Shown one piece after another: positions 1 to 15,100 of a DNA stretch of 64,000 nt. Both the position numbers and the translations under genes were made by a program. The notes below the pieces were generated by a model, which was given only the letters and a program-made list of their open reading frames with translations, was not told where the DNA came from and did not search any database. Position 1 is the stretch's first letter, and every line of letters begins with the position of its first letter. Source of the stretch: Bugula neritina (taxonomy: Eukaryota > Animalia > Bryozoa); contig OZ037769.1 in NCBI GenBank assembly GCA_964035545.1, positions 8,475,929 to 8,539,928 on the forward strand, written 5' to 3'.

Positions 1-81
1 AGCTACAACCCAATCTTGAATTCCTAGGTTGGTTGACCTAAATAAAACAATTATATAATCATGATTTCATGTTTTAGGAAT

Positions 82-206
82 TTACTCTATTCCAACCTGC
101 TGCCGAGCTAGTTCTATTCTCTTATCATAATTTTTGTTGTAATTACAGAATTGGTGTGATGGATTTCTTTGGCAACCACCCAAGTTATAAAATGCAGTAA
201 TGGTAC
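82..206 (-). CDS. Possible downstream exon of the CTHRC1-domain gene (GTITAFYNLGGCQRNPSHQFCNYNKNYDKRIELARQQVGIE*)
   Basis: Acceptor TATAG| at 207-208; open in the phase-1 frame required by the donor at 3150. No recognisable homology. Confidence 0.3.
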
Positions 207-1526
207 CTATAATATTATATTATTATCATTATGATATATTATATAGTATTATGTGTTTTTTATTATATTGCATAATATATATTTTTTATTGTTGTTGTGC
301 AAGCATGTGCAATTAACCTAGTTTTCAAAATGTACTTCTAAATTATTAGAAGGTTAGTTTAGATATTTCCGTGGTTTGTTAGGTGAACCTAAAAAAAGAG
401 GCTGTATTCCGAAAGGAAAGGATTTTGAACCATAATAAACTATACTAGATTACTTGATCAGCCACTCTGCTACCAATTGCATCAGTATATTATATGAATA
501 GCTGTGATGCTTTGTCTCTGGTGGCTGGCTGCGATATGAAAACTTGGCAAACTTCCAATAGTGCAAAATTGGCAAAACTATTCAAGAGGTTACATACTGC
601 ATAAAGCTAGCCATGATAGTAGCCTTGCTATTATCAGTACTTATTACAACTGCCAGCATATAATAAGCTACATTGTAGAATGCTGTTGGGGTAATTGCTA
701 CCAAACCCAAATTTTTCTCCATAATATACCTTAAACACAATGCAGCAACGTAATTTTTAGTTTCAAATTACATTGCCACCCTTACATTAGCTGTGGGCTT
801 CATAAATATTCATATGATTAGAGAGTTATGCTATAGGCCCTACGTGTGCTAGTGTATGAAGAAAATAACACATCATTGTCAAAGTTTACTTCAAGTATGT
901 TGTTTTCCAAAAACTCAGTATTGTACATCACTCTTTTGCATACAAATACTTATGTAATAGCATACAGTTTAAGTTTTATTTTAGAGCACATCTGCAAACT
1001 CTACAATAATAGGCAAGAGCATGCTTTACCAGTCTATTTCAGACCTGTTTTTGTACCTACATGTAGTAATATGCAAGCTATTTATTTTTCAACATTTGGG
1101 TTATTTGTTCAAAACCATTAGCTCTGCTAGTAACCTGAGGCTATTGCAACAGTTTATGAAAATAGCTGCTAGTCAACATGAATTGACAGCCTAAAAATCC
1201 CATTTGCGCCTCAAAATATCTATGATAGTTACTTATATAATTTGTCTTGTCAGTTACGATGACTATGTGTTTCAGAGGTTAAGGGCGCCAGCTAGAAGTT
1301 TGTAGGTCATGTTTCAAGCCTTTGCTTTAGCAAATTTTTTTGTCAACTTATGCAAATCCTACACATTTCTATGTGTAATAAATATGGCTATAGCTGTAGA
1401 ATTTCTTCAACTTTTAAATTATTATTCAACAGTAGTACATCATTCATGCATACTAATTAGATACTGAACACTGGGCTAAACCTTAAATTGATCTTATGGA
1501 AAATAAAGTACTTAAAATAATCATGT

Positions 1527-1840
1527 TGTAGTAGTTTGTGGATTATAGAATGAAATCAGGCAGAGAACATAATTCCTTGTTATAGAAGAGACAAGAGAGA
1601 GAGAGAGTAGAACCCGTGTGTTTGCAGTAATTTATTGTAGCATAGATGCATCCAGTGTGAGCTCCAGTCCTGAAGTGACTGAAGCTTTAAAATGCATGTC
1701 CTTTTATACTAGTAGAACAAAGGACTTCTAGAACCTTCCACTGACAGCAGGCCGACATTTGGCGACACTGACTATGTCGGTAACCGACAGACCCAATGTC
1801 GGCATCCACCTGCCAAACTCGGTCCAACTGTCGGGTTACA
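1527..1840 (-). mobile_element. Solo LTR related to the Gypsy family A LTRs
   Basis: Begins TGTAGTAGTTTGTGG and ends GGTTACA, like the LTRs at 4292 and 9383. Has minus-strand AATAAA and TATAAAA. A related fragment lies at ~2950-3040. No clean TSD. Confidence 0.55.
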
Positions 1841-3127
1841 TGAATCAACAAAAATGAACCCAACCAAGTGTATGCTTATTGTAACTTGTAATTGGGGGAA
1901 AAGGGATTAACTATTTACTATGCTAAAAGCTTAACAGTAGCCATAGTATTTAAGGTATTAGAAAGTTACGCCACAGACTTAGCTATAACTACAGTATTTA
2001 GAAAAATAGCCATAAGTAATGTGTCAAGGGGGATAACTCCTAATATTTACCACAATATATGTAAATTAGAGAAACTGAAAGTATACCTGCTGCACTATAG
2101 ACAGACCTTTACTGACAAAGACTGCAAAGTGAGGTGGGTAGCAGATTTAGCTGAAATTAACTCTGGCAGACAAACGAAAAAATTATGTTGTGCTGAGGCA
2201 TTTTCAATAGCTTGTAACATAGTGAGAAGGTGCAGCTAAGTGCTAATGTGAAAGAAGGGAACATTATATTGGCAGAATTCCAATAGATTGCCGATTTGCA
2301 CGAGAAGGTACTATGTTATTGTGCTAGCGTGCAGAGCGGCAAATGTACTAGGAAAGTTATAGTTAGTCACAGGATCGTAGCTAGAACCACCATGTGCAGA
2401 ATCTAGATAATTGCAATGAAACTTACATAATGGTATACGTTTTGACCAAATTGTAAAGAGCATTAACAGAATTTCAAAAAACAAAGAAAGATATTAGAAA
2501 AACATATTAAGAAATGTCAAGTTTAAATTTTAGACCTAATGAAATGAATCCCCTGTGCTACAGCAGTGGAACATGGAGGGTGTAAAGTTTTACTTATAGT
2601 ATAACAACTTCATCAAAAAAAGTTCTTTTGAAAAGATAAAAAATAATATTATAGAAGAAGAATGCGAGAGCTATCTTTTCATGTATAGTTTGTTATTGTG
2701 AGACAAAAACTGTTTGAGCTATACCCTGGAAACCGTTTATATATAACATAAAGCAGTGTCTGAATCTGGAAAGTTATGACCTTAAACTAGCTGCGTATAG
2801 CTAAGTCTGTGGCGTAACTTTCTAATACCTTAAATACTATAGCTATTGTTAAGCTTTTAGCCTAGTAAATAGTTGATCTCTTTTCCGCAATTACAAGTTA
2901 CAATAAGCATACACTTGGTTGGGTTCAATTTTGCTGATTCATGTAAACTGACAGTCTACCGAGGTTCGGCTCACTGGCTGCCAACAGACCGAATGTCTGT
3001 TACCGACATGACGAATGTCGGCATACCAGCTGCCGAACTTCAGAACCTGATTAGATTTGAACTTCTTTGTTTTCAAAGTGTTGGATTTAAATTGTTTAAC
3101 TCATCCTCAAAATTATCATAAATAAGT

Positions 3128-6100
3128 TCATCTAGAAAGCTGCTGCATACCTAGAGTTACTTGTGGCGGCACCATCTCCATAATCAACATCGTTCTTGCA
3201 GAGTTCCATCCAGAGTGAGCATCACTAGATCCATAACCGTCACATGGGCCGACTACTAACTCTACTACTCTGTCACCAGCCTCCAGTCCATAGCATGTGC
3301 CATCAACTAAATATCACAACATTTTAGTGGCGCAAACATTGGTATGAAATATTTATAGAAATCAATATCAATTTAAGTTAGTCTCTGTTCTTATAAATTA
3401 TGGTTTAACCTTTACTAAATCGCATATTTTATCTAATATCTCATTAGCAAATATGGGCATTAAACATGTTCAAAAAAAGTATCCCGTTACATTGTCTTTC
3501 AAGAAAGGTTTGCTTCATGAGCATAACATATATCATATTTAAGTAAAATTTTTTTGAAGGAGAATTATAATTTAAAATGATGATTTTTTTAGACCTACTA
3601 TCTATTGCTCGATGTAAGTCTCCTGCAGTAGCACTGTAATCTAACACCTCGATAGTGTCTGGGTTAGCGCACTTGTTACCATCAAATGTCAAGTACCAGT
3701 GGTGACAAAAGTCAGCTATATTATTATGTCCTCTGGCGGCCATATGGATAATGACTCTGAGTCCCGAGTCTGCCCTAGACTTTGGGTATGTGGCTATCTG
3801 AAAACGTTGTCAAAATTAAATGACACACAAGTCCTTTAATATTGCGTCAATACTAATCTTGTTTTGTATGAATAATGAAACATATATCACATATTAACAC
3901 GATCCGCTTTCTCTTTGTGTTTATTTTAGTCATTTTGTAAAAATAACAATAAAATGTTTCCAACAACATCGTGAATAAAACCCAATACAGTTGTTCAGTA
4001 TAAACATTTGCTAAAATACTTTACAATTGTACACCTTACCATTACACTGCCTATATCTGTTTGATCTTCAAAATCTGTAGACCAATAATGTCTGATGTTT
4101 GTGTACTCATTTCTCAACTCGCATTCAGCTGATTCCTCACCTGTTTTAAAATTATTCAAAGTTTGTATTTTAAATTACAATTGTTACAATTACAATACAA
4201 TTACAATTACTTGAAGTTATCATATGTGTGTGATTTAATTTAGCAATTATGCTTTGTAGTATTTCAATTATTCCTTTACCATATTACACATTGTAGTAGT
4301 GTTGTGGGTAGAGTGAAGTTTAAGTAGGGAGCATAACTCCAATATAAGAGCAAGATGTAGTGAAAGTTCTTAGTGAATAAACCTTTATTACATAGTGGAT
4401 GCTTTAATAGGTAGTCTGTAGTAAACTGATTCTACACTGTGAGCTCGCCTGCTTTTTTACACAAAAGGGTTCTTTGTTCTCATTCTGTCTAAAAGTCGAG
4501 GCCTGATACTCGGAACTTGGTTCGATTATCGGAGCTTAAAGATCGAGATTAGATTACATCTCAAAATTGCGGGAACGTGGTCTCGTTGACCACGAACGTA
4601 TGGCCTGTGTGGCAATGTGGTATGTGCTGGTGGCGCAGCATATAGTCGTGTTAGTAAGAGTATTTGTCAAACGGGCAAAAATACATTCACAAAGTGTTGC
4701 GGGGCGTGTACACACAGCCGCCGTGTAGAGGAGAACTTCCGCTGGCACTGGCGGCATATGCGGTTGCCCGACTCGCCACAAGTTTTGTGAATCCGAGGCT
4801 AGGATTTTTTGGAGGTTCAGTGCTGGCGGGCAGTCAGAGCTCGAGGCAGGGCCAGCACATCAGTTGCATCTTCCTCAAAAGGCTCACCGAGCAGGATCAC
4901 CTGCTCTTCCTCGCAGCTAACCGGAACTTGACAGGTTTAGACGCAGGCACACTTGCGAAGGTTGATAGCACCTCAGGTGGTTGAGAGGCACTTTTCGGGG
5001 TGCTAGGAGTCAAACCAGGGGCCGGGCAGGAAGGGAGTCAGTACGATTTGTCCCAGCCTCCTCACACTCAATTGTAGTCCCTACAACAGTCAGTAGAGAC
5101 CGTGACCGGCCAGTCTTACTGCTGCCGAAACTCGGCATCTGTTTATAAGGTACCATGCTGGAGACTGGGGGTCCCGATGAATCCCAGAGAGCAACTGACC
5201 CCATGTCATGATCAAACAGGTAATCGTGAAGTAAGTCTTCTCCGAGATCCATATTGATCTCAGTCTCCAACAGGGTAGTTTTGAGTAAATCTAGTGCATA
5301 ACAATTGGTAAAGGTTGGGTTAGACTCTGATACTGGAGGATCTAACCCTAGACCAATACCTGACTGACTATTCTTTTTTGGCAAAGTCATTCCCATAGCG
5401 TAGTAAGTGTTATCAGAATTACGTTCAACCGTGGTGGAATGACTGTTTAAAATGACCGAGCCTTGTGTCACCAAGTTTTCACGTGCCAACCCCCTTGGTC
5501 ACGTGTGCGGGCAGTAATTACACCAATTTTTGAAAAAACAACTTTAACGATCGCATCCCTTCCGAATTTCAGTCCAGACTTTCTACACTCTGTCACAATT
5601 CTCCGAAATACTGAAGAGGATTTACAACCAAATTACTGGAGTAGTTGCCAGTAGTCGGTGTACTATCCCCCATGGAAGGTAGATCCATGTGCCCAACATG
5701 ATAGTCAGCCAGATATCTAGGTGGCCTGTTGGTTCTCCGACTTCTTCCCAGAGTGACTGGCTCCTGTGCTCTCGGTGACTCCTCAGGCTTTGTGGGTGGG
5801 GGGTCCCCACCTTCACCCACACTGGGGTTGGGAACGTCCTCCATTGATGGGGTGCTGGCCTTGGGGCCTGCTGCTCTGGATCTCCACCTGGGTTGGGTCA
5901 CTCTTCTTCGAGTGTTGGGTTGACGATTCAGCTCCAGGAAAGGTGGAGCTTGTCCTACTGCATCTGAACTGAAACCTGCCCAGAGTGCTACACTCGAGAC
6001 AAATGATTGAGCAGCACCTCCATCACACAGTAAGGACCCACAAACTTGGGCTGAAGCTTAGCCGACTGTCGGCGTTGCCTATGGTAGCTCGCAATCCAGA

Positions 6101-9100
6101 CTCAGTCCCTTCTCTGGTATACGAGGGGCTCCTTGGAGTCGTCCGTCCAAATCTGCGATTGTTTCTCCTGCAATGCATTATGGACCTGTCCCATGATCTC
6201 CACCAGCTTTTCCACGCACGCATGTACTGGGGACTCGGGAGCTGGAACATGGTATGTCAGATGATCCAGAACCCGTGTCTCCCAGCCGAACATCAGGAAG
6301 TTTGGGGTCTCCTGCGTGCTAGAATGTGGTGTGCTGCGGCAGGCCCGCATAATCTGAGGCAGCACCACGTCCCATTACTCCTGACTCCTGCCTAAGAGTG
6401 GGCTCCTGAGAGCGTCACCTAACATCCAGTTGTTCCTCTCCATGACTCTAGTTCCTTGCGGGTGATATGGGGTGGTTCGATTCTGATTCACCCCATAAAC
6501 GACAGAGGTCTCCTTTGAGTTGGGCTGGAACTGGGCACCCTGGTCCGTGTGTATCTATTCCGGCAGCCTGAAATAACCGAATACATTATGATCCAGGGCC
6601 CCAGCCACCATAGGGGGTGACGAATTTGGAAGAGCCAGGGCGTCTGCCCACCGGGTGAATTGGTTCGTGAGCACCAGTATCCAGGTTTTTCCTCTGGTGA
6701 ATAATAGCATAGGTCCGACGAGGTCTACTTCCACCACTTGCCACGGCCGACCAGCGTACAGCCGGCGTCGATCAGTAGGTTCCATTAGGCAGCCATGCTT
6801 ACTAGTTTGGCAGATATCGCATTGCCGTACCCACAGTCGCACGCCCCGAGTCATTCCAGGCCAGTACTATCGCAGCTGCAGACACCCGAGGACCTAACTG
6901 GCTCCAGCATGAGCCTGTTTATGGGTGTCCCAGATCAGTTCCCGTCAGAGAGCGCCTGGACATACAACGTGGTCTTACTCCTGCTGACAGTTGTTTGCTG
7001 CTAGCATCATCATCAGTAGGCTATCCAGACTGACCCTGAGGGAATCTTAACAACGGCAGAGGAATTGGAACTCAACGTCTCCCTGCCGCTTATGTTCTTC
7101 GCTAGTTCGTCAGCCTTCCTTCTTGGCCCGGAATATGTTCGCTACCGCGCCGGGTAGCGTCTCCTGGAGTCGGCACAGCTCCTTGATGTTCTGATACAGA
7201 GTGGGGTTGGCACGAAGTGCCTGGACGTCATCTGAGTGGGTTTCGGTGCGAAGATGGCCGTGCTCCTACCGATAGACGGCGCCCTCCCCTAGCTCTGTCT
7301 CCACGTCAAGGCAAGCGGGTCCCCGTCTCGCTTCTTGATGTGCAGGCATTGCTTGCAGTCCTCTACGGGCCGAGGACTCATGCCGTCAGCGTTCCCATGC
7401 TTCCGGCCAGCACGGCGCTCCATCCGATAAGATAACTCAGTAAGATTCTCTAGCCAACGAGCTACCTGGCTCGAAGGCTTTGCATGTTTACACAGCCATA
7501 TAAGTGATGCATGGTCTGTTCGTAACCTGAACGTTCTCCCATACAGATATGGCTGAAAATGCTTGACCGCCTTGAGTGCTGCTAAGATCTCCTTCCTAGT
7601 AGTTCAGTAGTTCTTTTCGGCGGCCTAAGAGTCTTGCTGTAGTAAGCTAAGACCACTTCACTTTCACCCTAGACCCAAGACAGAACAGTTCCCACACTGT
7701 GGTCACTGGCGTCGGTGTCCAAGATGTACTATTTGACTGGATCAGGATACGCCAGAATTGGCGCCTTCATTAACCATTTCTTGAGGTGGTCAAATGCCTG
7801 CTGCTTCTCTTTTGTCTACTGGCACCAAACTTCTTTAGCGGTTAGCCGATTCAGAAAGTGAGCCATCTCTGCAAACCCGGGTATGTACTGCCGATAGTAC
7901 CTTACCAGGCCAAGAAATGCCGGCAACTCAAAGAGGTCGCGGGGAACCGTCTACTCCTTCACAGCATGCACCTTCTCCGGGCCGGTAGCGACCCCGTCAC
8001 GGCCAACCACATGGCTTAGGTACGTGACTTCTGACTGCAGAAGTGCACACTTGGAGGGCTTCAACTTCAGTCCAGCTGCCTGGAGGCAGTCAAAGACTTC
8101 TCGCAGACGACTGACATGTGTCATAATGTCTGGGCAGATAACAATGATGTCATTCAGATAGATGAGAAAGGTCCTCCAGTGTAATCCACTGAGGACTTGC
8201 TCCATGACTCGCTGAAAATTTGTTGGGCAAATGTAAGCCCAAATGACAGTACTTTCCATTCCCAGAGTCCATTCTGGATTATGAGCGCTGCTGTTTACTG
8301 GGCAGCTAGACTGAGGGGCACTTGCCAGCACCTGCTAAGCAGATCCAAAACACTGAAGCACTTACTATACCCGCGAGGAAATCTACAGACTCATCTATCT
8401 GTGAGAGAATGTAGGCGTCCTGGATGTTAACACTGTTGAGTCTGCGGTAGTCCACAAAGAACCTCCAGTTACCATCCTTCTTTTTGACCAGGACTACTGG
8501 AGAGCTCTACCCACGTTGCCATATGCTCCAACAGACAGGTTAGCCAAGTGCTTTGAGACTGCTCCTCGACTGGCACGAGGGAAATTTCCCTAGGCGGCAG
8601 CCACTGTCTCTAGTGCCGGCCCCACATCCGCTTCCTGGATGGAGTGGTACTTCCCCACCAGCGCTCCAGCCCACAATCGGACGAGTTCCTTAAAGAGGTT
8701 GATACACTGCACGAGGAGTTCTCTCCCACAGTTCAGCCAATTCAGGCTGTTTGCCAGTTGGATTGCTCCGTGCCTTCTTCCACCACTCCCAGACCAGCAA
8801 TCGCCTCGCAGTTAACCCTGTAGTGAAGAGTTGCCTGGGATCTACCCGGGACCGTGTAGTCCGGCACTACCTTGACTCCGCCCACTAAGGCCCTGCAAAA
8901 CTTGTCAACAAAGACAAGTACTTTCCCAGCCATTACCACTGCTGACTTCTGAAAATCCATGTGACACTACTGTTTTTCCAGAAATGGCATCCCCAGGATG
9001 CCATCTTCCTTTAGCTGGCTGACTATGAATGTCTCGTAAATCACCTGATCACAACGCGTTCAGGCAGTGTGATGATGCTGTAGAAAGCAATGCATAACCT

Positions 9101-12100
9101 GTCCGCCAATGTATCATGTGAACCTTTGTACGGCTCTAAGCTCGCTCGCTCTCGAGTGCCAAGAGTGTCAAAAAGACGCCTACTCAGCAGGTTTGTACTG
9201 CACCCAGTGTCTAGCAGACCTTCTCTTTGTTTTAAAAACAAAGGGGGTTTTCTGAAGTTGAGAGGGTAGTTTGGGATACTCTTGCGAGTAAGCTGAATCC
9301 TCTTCCACAACCTCCTTAGGCAATGTTCTTCTATCCCTTTAATGGCCCACTTAACTATTCGGAATCTCACCACTGACACCAACGTAGTAGTTTTGTGGGT
9401 AGAATGAAGTTTAAGTGGGGAGCATAACTCCAACATAGTAAGAACAAAATGCGGTGAAAGTTCCCAGTGAATATATCTTTATTGTGGAGTGGGTGCTTTA
9501 ATAGGTAGTCTGTATCAGGCAAGCTCCAGTAGTAGACTGATTCTACACTGCGAGCTCGCCTGCTTTTATACGCAAAAAGGTTCTTTGTTCTGATTTTGTC
9601 CAAAAGCCGAAGCCCGATCATCCGCTGTTCTGATAATCGGAACTTGATCCGATTACCGGAGCCCGACAATCGGGAGTGCCGACTTTTCGACAGGGTGGAA
9701 TTACATAATCGCGTTTATATAAAGTATAAAAATGAAGTGCAAGAAAAAATAGTTCTACCACGATAAAGATGCAAAAAAAGATAACCCTACTATAACATTC
9801 ATATTCCTACCACAACAATATTACAGTTTCTTCAACTTGTTAGCTTAATCCATTCAAAGAATCACCTGCATTGACGCAGGACAATTCATCACTATTCACT
9901 TATATACTATCTATGTCAGCTACTCACTCAGCTACAGCCTTGTAAACCACAGATGACTTTGTGTTCACCATCACAAAGCAATGATTTTTTAACCACAACA
10001 TTTGTCAGGTTTCATAGCTTGTAGCCAGAAATTAGAGCAGCTCAGTTGCTTTGTGCTTTCATTCTTGTCTGATACACTTTGTCCAGACCACAACACTTGC
10101 GTTACATATATCATTAGTTACCTTTTTGATTGATTAACAGCATTCTGTACATATTTCATATTTGACCTGTTACCTTTAAAACCATAGTTATCTAATTTTA
10201 ACTTTCCCCAGAAAAGGTGATAGTGGTATGTTAAACATTTTATGCAAAAGTTTTGTAATGTTGTATGTTTCCTTTTTTTCATTCATGCCTTTGTTATCAA
10301 ATAGTATCAATGTATTGTTATAATTTCACATAGAGTTTACATCTTATTAGCTATAATTAGTAGATATATGACTTCTATGTGAATCATGCATTTCCTTATT
10401 ATTGTCATAGTCAGCATCTATATATAATGCTTGTGTAGGTATTGCTAAACAGTTAGTTAGTTGCTAGATTCCAAAGTGTTATTATCATTTTATATTCATA
10501 GTAGTTGTACCAAATAAATCAGCATGTAAAACATTACAAGTCAGCACCACCCTGTCACACACCATCAAGCATACATTATAACATGTATTATTAGCTATAG
10601 TTTTAAGTTGGCTTTTATAAACATCGTTAAAGCTCCAGCAGTGCAACATGTTATCTATCAACTGGGGTAAAAGTTAAAGTCAAACTTTTTCCTACTAATG
10701 AAAAGACCATTAAGTTCTGTACAGTTGTTGGCATATCCAAAAAGACACAAACCTGTTGTAACTCCTTGCCTCGGAGTGGAGCACTCAAATAATCAACCAC
10801 AAAATCAAACCATAAAGCCATTAGAGGTCAAGATTCAATTCCTGGCTGCATCCAGTTTCAACTATCATGACCAGTATGTTATTTTGGCAGCTAGAACAAC
10901 ATCCAGCACCAGAACTACACAGATGGAGCTAGCAGTCAACAGACAACCAACTCAACCGATAGGTTGTTATACTGTATTATTGTGGATTAAACTCCTGAAC
11001 GAACCTTCTCCAATCCTTGAGTTGCCTACTTGCCATAATCACTCAAGCTAAGTGATGGCACATCAACAATTTTTTTATATTCTTTATTTTGTTAAACTTG
11101 ATATAACTAAGCTGAATTTGTGTTTATTATTTTGGGAAACTGTAACATTGGTAATTTTAATAATGAAATCAAAAGGCAGCGGGTTGACTTGTGAAAACAT
11201 TATCAAATGTTTTGACACACTAGCTGACATTTATTCATCATAATCTGCTGAGTATTGATGTCTAAAGCCAACACTCCAAAATCCTATAAGTTTTCAAAAT
11301 GAAAGGTATTCAAAATGCTGCACAACTTGAACAGAAAATAACAAACTGTACTGACTTACACAAATCCATATTTGTATACTTTGCATCAAAACAGGATATT
11401 TTGTATTGCTCACTGGAAGGTTATCAAAACCAGCTACAAAAAGCTAAACACAACCTAGAGGAAACTTATGAGAAGTAGCACTTTATGCCAGGAGTTTATG
11501 AGCCACAGCTCAGGGTCTAAAATCAAATAAATAGATTGCATTCTGATTGTGGAACATTGAATGGTAATTCCATAGATCGCATGAGTCAACTTTCAACTAA
11601 AATAAAAACTGCTGGCTTCGCACAGAAAAATTATTGTTTTGAGATCTTAGAATATTCTGTTATTCACACTTTTAGTTTGAAATCGAATTCATCCTGTCAC
11701 TCATCTCGAGCTATTTCACAGTTACAGCTAAGATTGATGCAGGTGCCATTCAAAGCTAAAGCAGTTATACACTAAACTAATTAGTGTCTGCACATATTAT
11801 TCATGACCTAGAACAGCAAGCCAGTCAACTTACAAACAGTATCAAGCAGCAACAGTTCCAAGCTAAAATATACGCCGCACAGGCTGAAAAGTAAGTCCTA
11901 GCCTAAACCATTGCATAAGAAGAAGAAAAGGACAGCTCCATTCTTCCTCCAAAAACTATCGCCGTTCAGCATACCAGCTGCTCCATTTCCACCACTCATT
12001 CCCACACCCAAGTCTTCAACTCAAAATATCATGCAACCTCAAATTCTTCCAACTACACCTGTAACTTCTATAAACCCTTTCTTCTAGTTCACCAAGCCTC

Positions 12101-15100
12101 CACCATCCACATAAGCCCATTTCTACAGCCCACCAAGCTTTTGAGCCATGTTCCCCATGCTACTTATCAAAGCCTTATTGCTATATCCAGCTACCAACAG
12201 CAGCCTGCTTTAACTCCTGACAATAACGGTGAAGCTATCAACCTAGTTAGGCAACGCCTATCAGAACCGCCCATAACTTTTGGTGATTCACTGGAATACT
12301 CAGATTGGAAGGTGGCCGGCCTTGAATTAGGCTGGCTACCTCTCAGAAAGCTCAGCCAGGCTAAAATGGCTAAAGCTAAGACAGTTTATAGATGGCAGAG
12401 CCTACATGGCTATCTAGGGTTTTTACAAACAAGAGACAGAACACTCATATGAGGCAGCTTGGGGTAAACTAGACAACAGATACTGAAAAGGGGAAAGATG
12501 ACCCAAAGATTCATAAGCTTTAAACGACGTCAGTGATTTTTTAAAATCAGTTGATGGCCTTGATGCGAATATCAACCTCAACGCAAAAGCAGCTAATAAA
12601 ATGTTAATACTGAAAATTGCACTTCAAATAAGGGAAAGGTGAGCTGACAAAAGAAAACAGGGATGTTTTTTCCTCTAAAAACTTTTGTAGAATTTTTATC
12701 GCAAAACTCTGATATAGCTCAAAATTCATTGTCAAAAGCCCTCTATGAGTCCAACACAAGCAAAGACAAAAACTCAAGACATCATCATGCCTGTAAATCC
12801 AAAGATAACATTTGATATGCAGCGGGTTGAAATCACTCCACAGCAATCTGAAGCACACACTTATGCATGTATGTTTTGTAAAAAATTGACAGTCACAAGC
12901 TAACCTTTCTGCCATTTTCAAAAAGCTCATGAGTTCATATGAGCCAAAGGCTTCTGCAATCCCCGTTTAGATGAAAACGACATGAATCTCCGGCTGTCTG
13001 CAACACCTGCAAAGAAAAGCACCCAACTTCTTTTCCCAAAATGCATAAATATCCATCCAATGATTTAAACAAGCAACCAGTCACAACGCCATATCCACTA
13101 GAAAACCAAGAAAAACAAAGCTCTGAACAAAATACATCAAGTAACTAACTAGACGATAAAAAACGAACTTTCACCAGAAATGTGAACTCCATCAACTTTG
13201 CCCCCTTCTCCCCCCCCCGATAGCTTTTCATGGGTAATACCAGTTTGAGTCAGCACTGCGCGAAATCCATCAACAGAATGTATAGTTTTTGCTTTCTTAG
13301 ACTCTATGTCTGACACAACATGCATAATTCATCACACTATAGCAAAATTATTTCCTGAAACTTTGCAAACACAAATTGGTCTTACCAAACGGGCTTCCAA
13401 TAACAAACCGATGGATTATGATATTGTTACTGGTTTAAACGTTTGTAACTACAGAGGAACAGAGCAACATTCACTACCACCAAGTTATTCACACCAATCA
13501 CTACTTATTAATAACAATCAAATTGCAATGAGGCAAAAGCTACAAAGATGGATCTCGATTTGTTAACAGTCGCAAGGGAACCACCGAATCCTAGCAATGA
13601 CATACCTGTTGGATTGCCGATTAGCAAAACTTTCACAACAGACCTCAACAAATATTTATCACAAGAAACAAAAAAGAACCATTCGCAATCAAAACAGTGA
13701 TAAGTTAGAATGTCATCAGTAAACTCAATCCCAGGCATGTTATACATACTGCAATTTTCAGTCAACCATGCCGCATGGCAGAAAGCTGGTAACTTTCAAG
13801 TGTACCACTCACCCAAACAGAGAGCTTGCTAAACTAATTGACATATTTAATGCTGAATATTCAAACTCACATGATAAAGTACCAAGTTTCTCTATTAAAG
13901 ACAAGGAACTTCTCTCTATAATAAAAAGTCAAACCACGATGACAAAAAGCAGGGTTTGGATGCTGTTGCCATTTAAAGCTTTACCTCCACATATTGACAC
14001 CAAGTCTTCTGCACTACATCGATTCAAACTTCTAGAAAAGAACGTCAACAGCGATCCCGTGTACAAAACTCAGATCATCAATTCATGACTGACATCATTT
14101 CGAAGGGTAAAGTCGTCATCGCTCCTCATGGGATGACTGGCTCCTGGTGTATTCCTCACATCGGATTGTTTTATTTTCCCAAACTGATCGCAATCGTGTT
14201 GTCTATGATTGTGCTGTCAAAGTGGGAGGAGTTAGCCTGAATGACTTCCTTCTGCAGGGTCCAAATCGCATGAATGATCTCCAAGGTAACCCACTGAAAT
14301 TTTGAAAACACCATACAGCCTTTTTGAGAGACATAGAAGAATTGTTCCATCAGTTCAAGGTCTTACCAAAGCACCAGGTCTACCTGAAACTCATATGGTA
14401 TGATGAAGATGGGATACATGCTACATACAAGTTGACTGTCCATTTATTTGGAGCATGATCTTTCCCCACAAGTGCAACCTACGATCTTAGTTTCCTAGCT
14501 AATTGTCTCAAGTTATTCTCACCTACTCTTCCACCATCACATCATTTCATTATTTGCAACTTTGACGTTGATGATGGTCTCACGAGTCTCACAGTTCAAT
14601 TTCCTTTGTCAAGACGGTCAGTTGCGGCTCCAAAAAACAGCCTCTAACAGTAGCTCCGTCTTGTCGCAGTTACCAAAGAATGAGTTTGCAAACACACTTG
14701 GTACCCTAAATCTCACATCCAATTCATTAGCTCAAGAACGATCACTTGGTGTGTCCATTGGGATACAGATCAAGACCAATTGACATTCCAGTATCGCCCA
14801 TCATCAAACAGACAAAAGATGTCTTATCCACAGTAGCTTCTGAGTTTGATCCCCGTGGTCTGATAACTCCTTTTTCTTTCTAGGGTAGAATTATTTTACA
14901 AGAGGCATGTAATAATAATCCTGGTTGGAATGCACCACCCACAGGCTCACAACTCGTCAGATAGTCTGCTTAGAAATCAGACTTATAAAGTCTGCCTACC
15001 ATAACACCAAACCTCGCTCTTTCACTCCTCATAAGTTTGATTCAACTGATGCTGCTCAACTGCATGCATTTGCTAATGCCAATACAATTGGCTATAGTCA

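Noticed and set aside
846-3121. Short ORFs of 82-115 aa
   Set aside because: Non-ATG starts, no motifs, AT-rich intronic or repeat DNA.
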